A stretch of DNA of 64,000 nt. Origin: Acutalibacteraceae bacterium (GTDB taxonomy: Bacteria > Bacillota > Clostridia > Oscillospirales > Acutalibacteraceae). The stretch covers positions 21,851 to 85,850 of the forward strand of contig JAZSAN010000005.1 in assembly GCA_045601885.1 (NCBI GenBank), written 5' to 3'. Below, in pieces: positions 62,889-64,000 of the stretch (positions are counted from its first letter, which is position 1; the number at the start of each line of letters is the position of its first letter). Under the pieces are notes generated by a model. That model had not been told where the DNA came from and did not search any database. It saw nothing but the letters and a program-made list of their open reading frames with translations. Made by a program: the position numbers and the translations under genes.

Positions 62889-64000
62889 TTACTTTTCTTT
62901 TTCTCGTTTAATTAAATATCCAATGTTTACCCAAGTATTATAATCAAGATTGATTTCAAACAGCATTACTTTATCCTTATTTCCTGCTCTGTTCTTGTCA
63001 ATTTTGATTGCAAAATAATTCTTATCATATTCCAAATTAGAAACGACGGGTTCACCCCAAGAATCACATTCTGCAACATACTGATATTTATGGTAATCCG
63101 ATTTACTGATACGCTTACCGATTGTCAAGATATCTGTTACATGTTTAATTTGTTTTGCATTGGCAATATTATTACTACTCAAACTAAACACGTCTGTAAA
63201 AACAGTATCGTCAGATAATTGGAACACTGCAAATCCACTCATTTTCAGTTCGTTTGTAAGTTCTTTTAAATCTGTTGCAAACTGTTTAATTACCGACCAA
63301 TCATCAGTTTTGTATCCTTTTAATGTGTCGTAAACATAATAAGTAATATTATCTACTGCTTTAGCTTTTCGTAGTTCAAATTCAATTCGTTCATTGCTAT
63401 AATCAGTAGAAACATCTTTGAAAAGAACTTCGCCCTCTTTATGATTGTCTATCCATTGGGAAACCTTTATAATATCCCAATACTCCGTAGATGTATCTTG
63501 AATGCGCTGAATATATTCTTCGTCAGTTTCAATATAAATGCCGTCATTATTAATTTTTCGGCGAATTATATTACCTTTATCATCGTGATAAACACCAAGA
63601 ACAATTTCTTTTTCAGGTTTATTGCGTCGCACACCATGTAATTCTTGAAATTCTTTATTGTTAACTACTGTAGTTAACAAACAACTTCTTAAATCTTCTT
63701 CAGACATTTCGTTGCTCATAAAAAGAATTTTTTGATGCTTAACTAATGCCTCGTATGCAGATAGTAACATAAGCTTTCTTGTCTTACCTTCGTTAGACAA
63801 AAAGCCTTCAAACATAACCTTGCCCAATCTCATACCTAAAAAGAATTCATTATACATAGCCCAAGGGAACGGCAATCCAAAAGCGGGTTTGGTTAAGTGC
63901 TTGTTTACTAACTGTTCGTTATTCTGTGTTAAATCAACTGCCTCGTCTCCGGAGTTGATTACTGTATGTATTTTATCGGCTCTAATTCTTATAATTCTAT
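62889..64000 (-). CDS. DnaB-like replicative helicase (RecA-fold domain); N-terminus runs off the window
   Basis: P-loop region FLSNEGKTR and a DnaB-like C-terminus (IKIDKNRAGNKD). By my translation, the frame stays open upstream of the track's TTG (63875) to position 64000. Confidence 0.75.
   Translation of the reverse strand, partial: RIIRIRADKIHTVINSGDEAVDLTQNNEQLVNKHLTKPAFGLPFPWAMYNEFFLGMRLGKVMFEGFLSNEGKTRKLMLLSAYEALVKHQKILFMSNEMSEEDLRSCLLTTVVNNKEFQELHGVRRNKPEKEIVLGVYHDDKGNIIRRKINNDGIYIETDEEYIQRIQDTSTEYWDIIKVSQWIDNHKEGEVLFKDVSTDYSNERIEFELRKAKAVDNITYYVYDTLKGYKTDDWSVIKQFATDLKELTNELKMSGFAVFQLSDDTVFTDVFSLSSNNIANAKQIKHVTDILTIGKRISKSDYHKYQYVAECDSWGEPVVSNLEYDKNYFAIKIDKNRAGNKDKVMLFEINLDYNTWVNIGYLIKREKEK

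Larger units (their letters stand above)
49901..64000. mobile_element. Prophage-like element (SPbeta-like replication/nucleotide module), one end only; it continues past the window
   Basis: It starts at the tRNA-Arg fragment. All genes lie on one strand and include an own replisome, ThyX, a dNMP kinase and related genes. Confidence 0.75.

Noticed and set aside
1-64000. CRISPR arrays, rRNA genes and IS transposases.
   Set aside because: I saw no regularly spaced direct repeats with unique spacers, no rRNA-like conserved stretches and no DDE or IS-type transposase ORFs in any frame.

Overview
All calls are by-eye motif and family recognition with no searches run. The window is low-GC Firmicutes DNA; the sporulation genes yunB and spoIIM point to Clostridia. 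It has three parts.

(1) 1-13259 is an AT-rich integrative element or genomic island that abuts the 3' end of tRNA-Leu(UAG) at 13260-13342.
- It carries a truncated HUH rolling-circle Rep, an Xis-like HTH and a tyrosine integrase.
- It carries a minus-strand run of eight genes: a DnaA/Hda-like AAA+ ATPase, a catalytically degenerate PolC-like fragment, a PPP-family metallophosphatase, a small SLOG-like protein and four unknowns.
- It carries a WYL-domain regulator fused to leucine-rich repeats, and an XRE-controlled module of unknown proteins.
- A 20-bp palindrome (GTGGG-N10-CCCAC) occurs four times in the -35 position of promoter-like sequences. It links int, the eight-gene operon and the WYL gene, which makes this the best candidate for an undescribed system.

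(2) 13343-49850 is conserved core chromosome. It holds yunB-ligA, xerD-spoIIM, yajC-tgt-queA, asd-dapA-dapB, tyrS, the nusB-xseAB-ispA-dxs-tlyA-nadK-argR-recN block, typA, rRNA methyltransferases and other genes.

(3) 49901-64000 is one end of a prophage-like element inserted into a tRNA-Arg(UCU) gene; a displaced 3' fragment of that tRNA sits at 49851-49900.
- It carries a self-contained, SPbeta-like replication and nucleotide module: DnaB-like helicase, primase, DHH exonuclease, DnaE, RecD-like helicase, NAD-dependent ligase, 3D-domain protein, ThyX, dNMP kinase and 5'-deoxynucleotidase.
- In three consecutive genes of this module, apparently real N-terminal coding sequence lies upstream of any ATG/GTG/TTG. 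In each case a near-cognate codon (ATA, ACG, ATC) sits exactly 7 nt after a Shine-Dalgarno sequence.

I saw no CRISPR array or rRNA gene.
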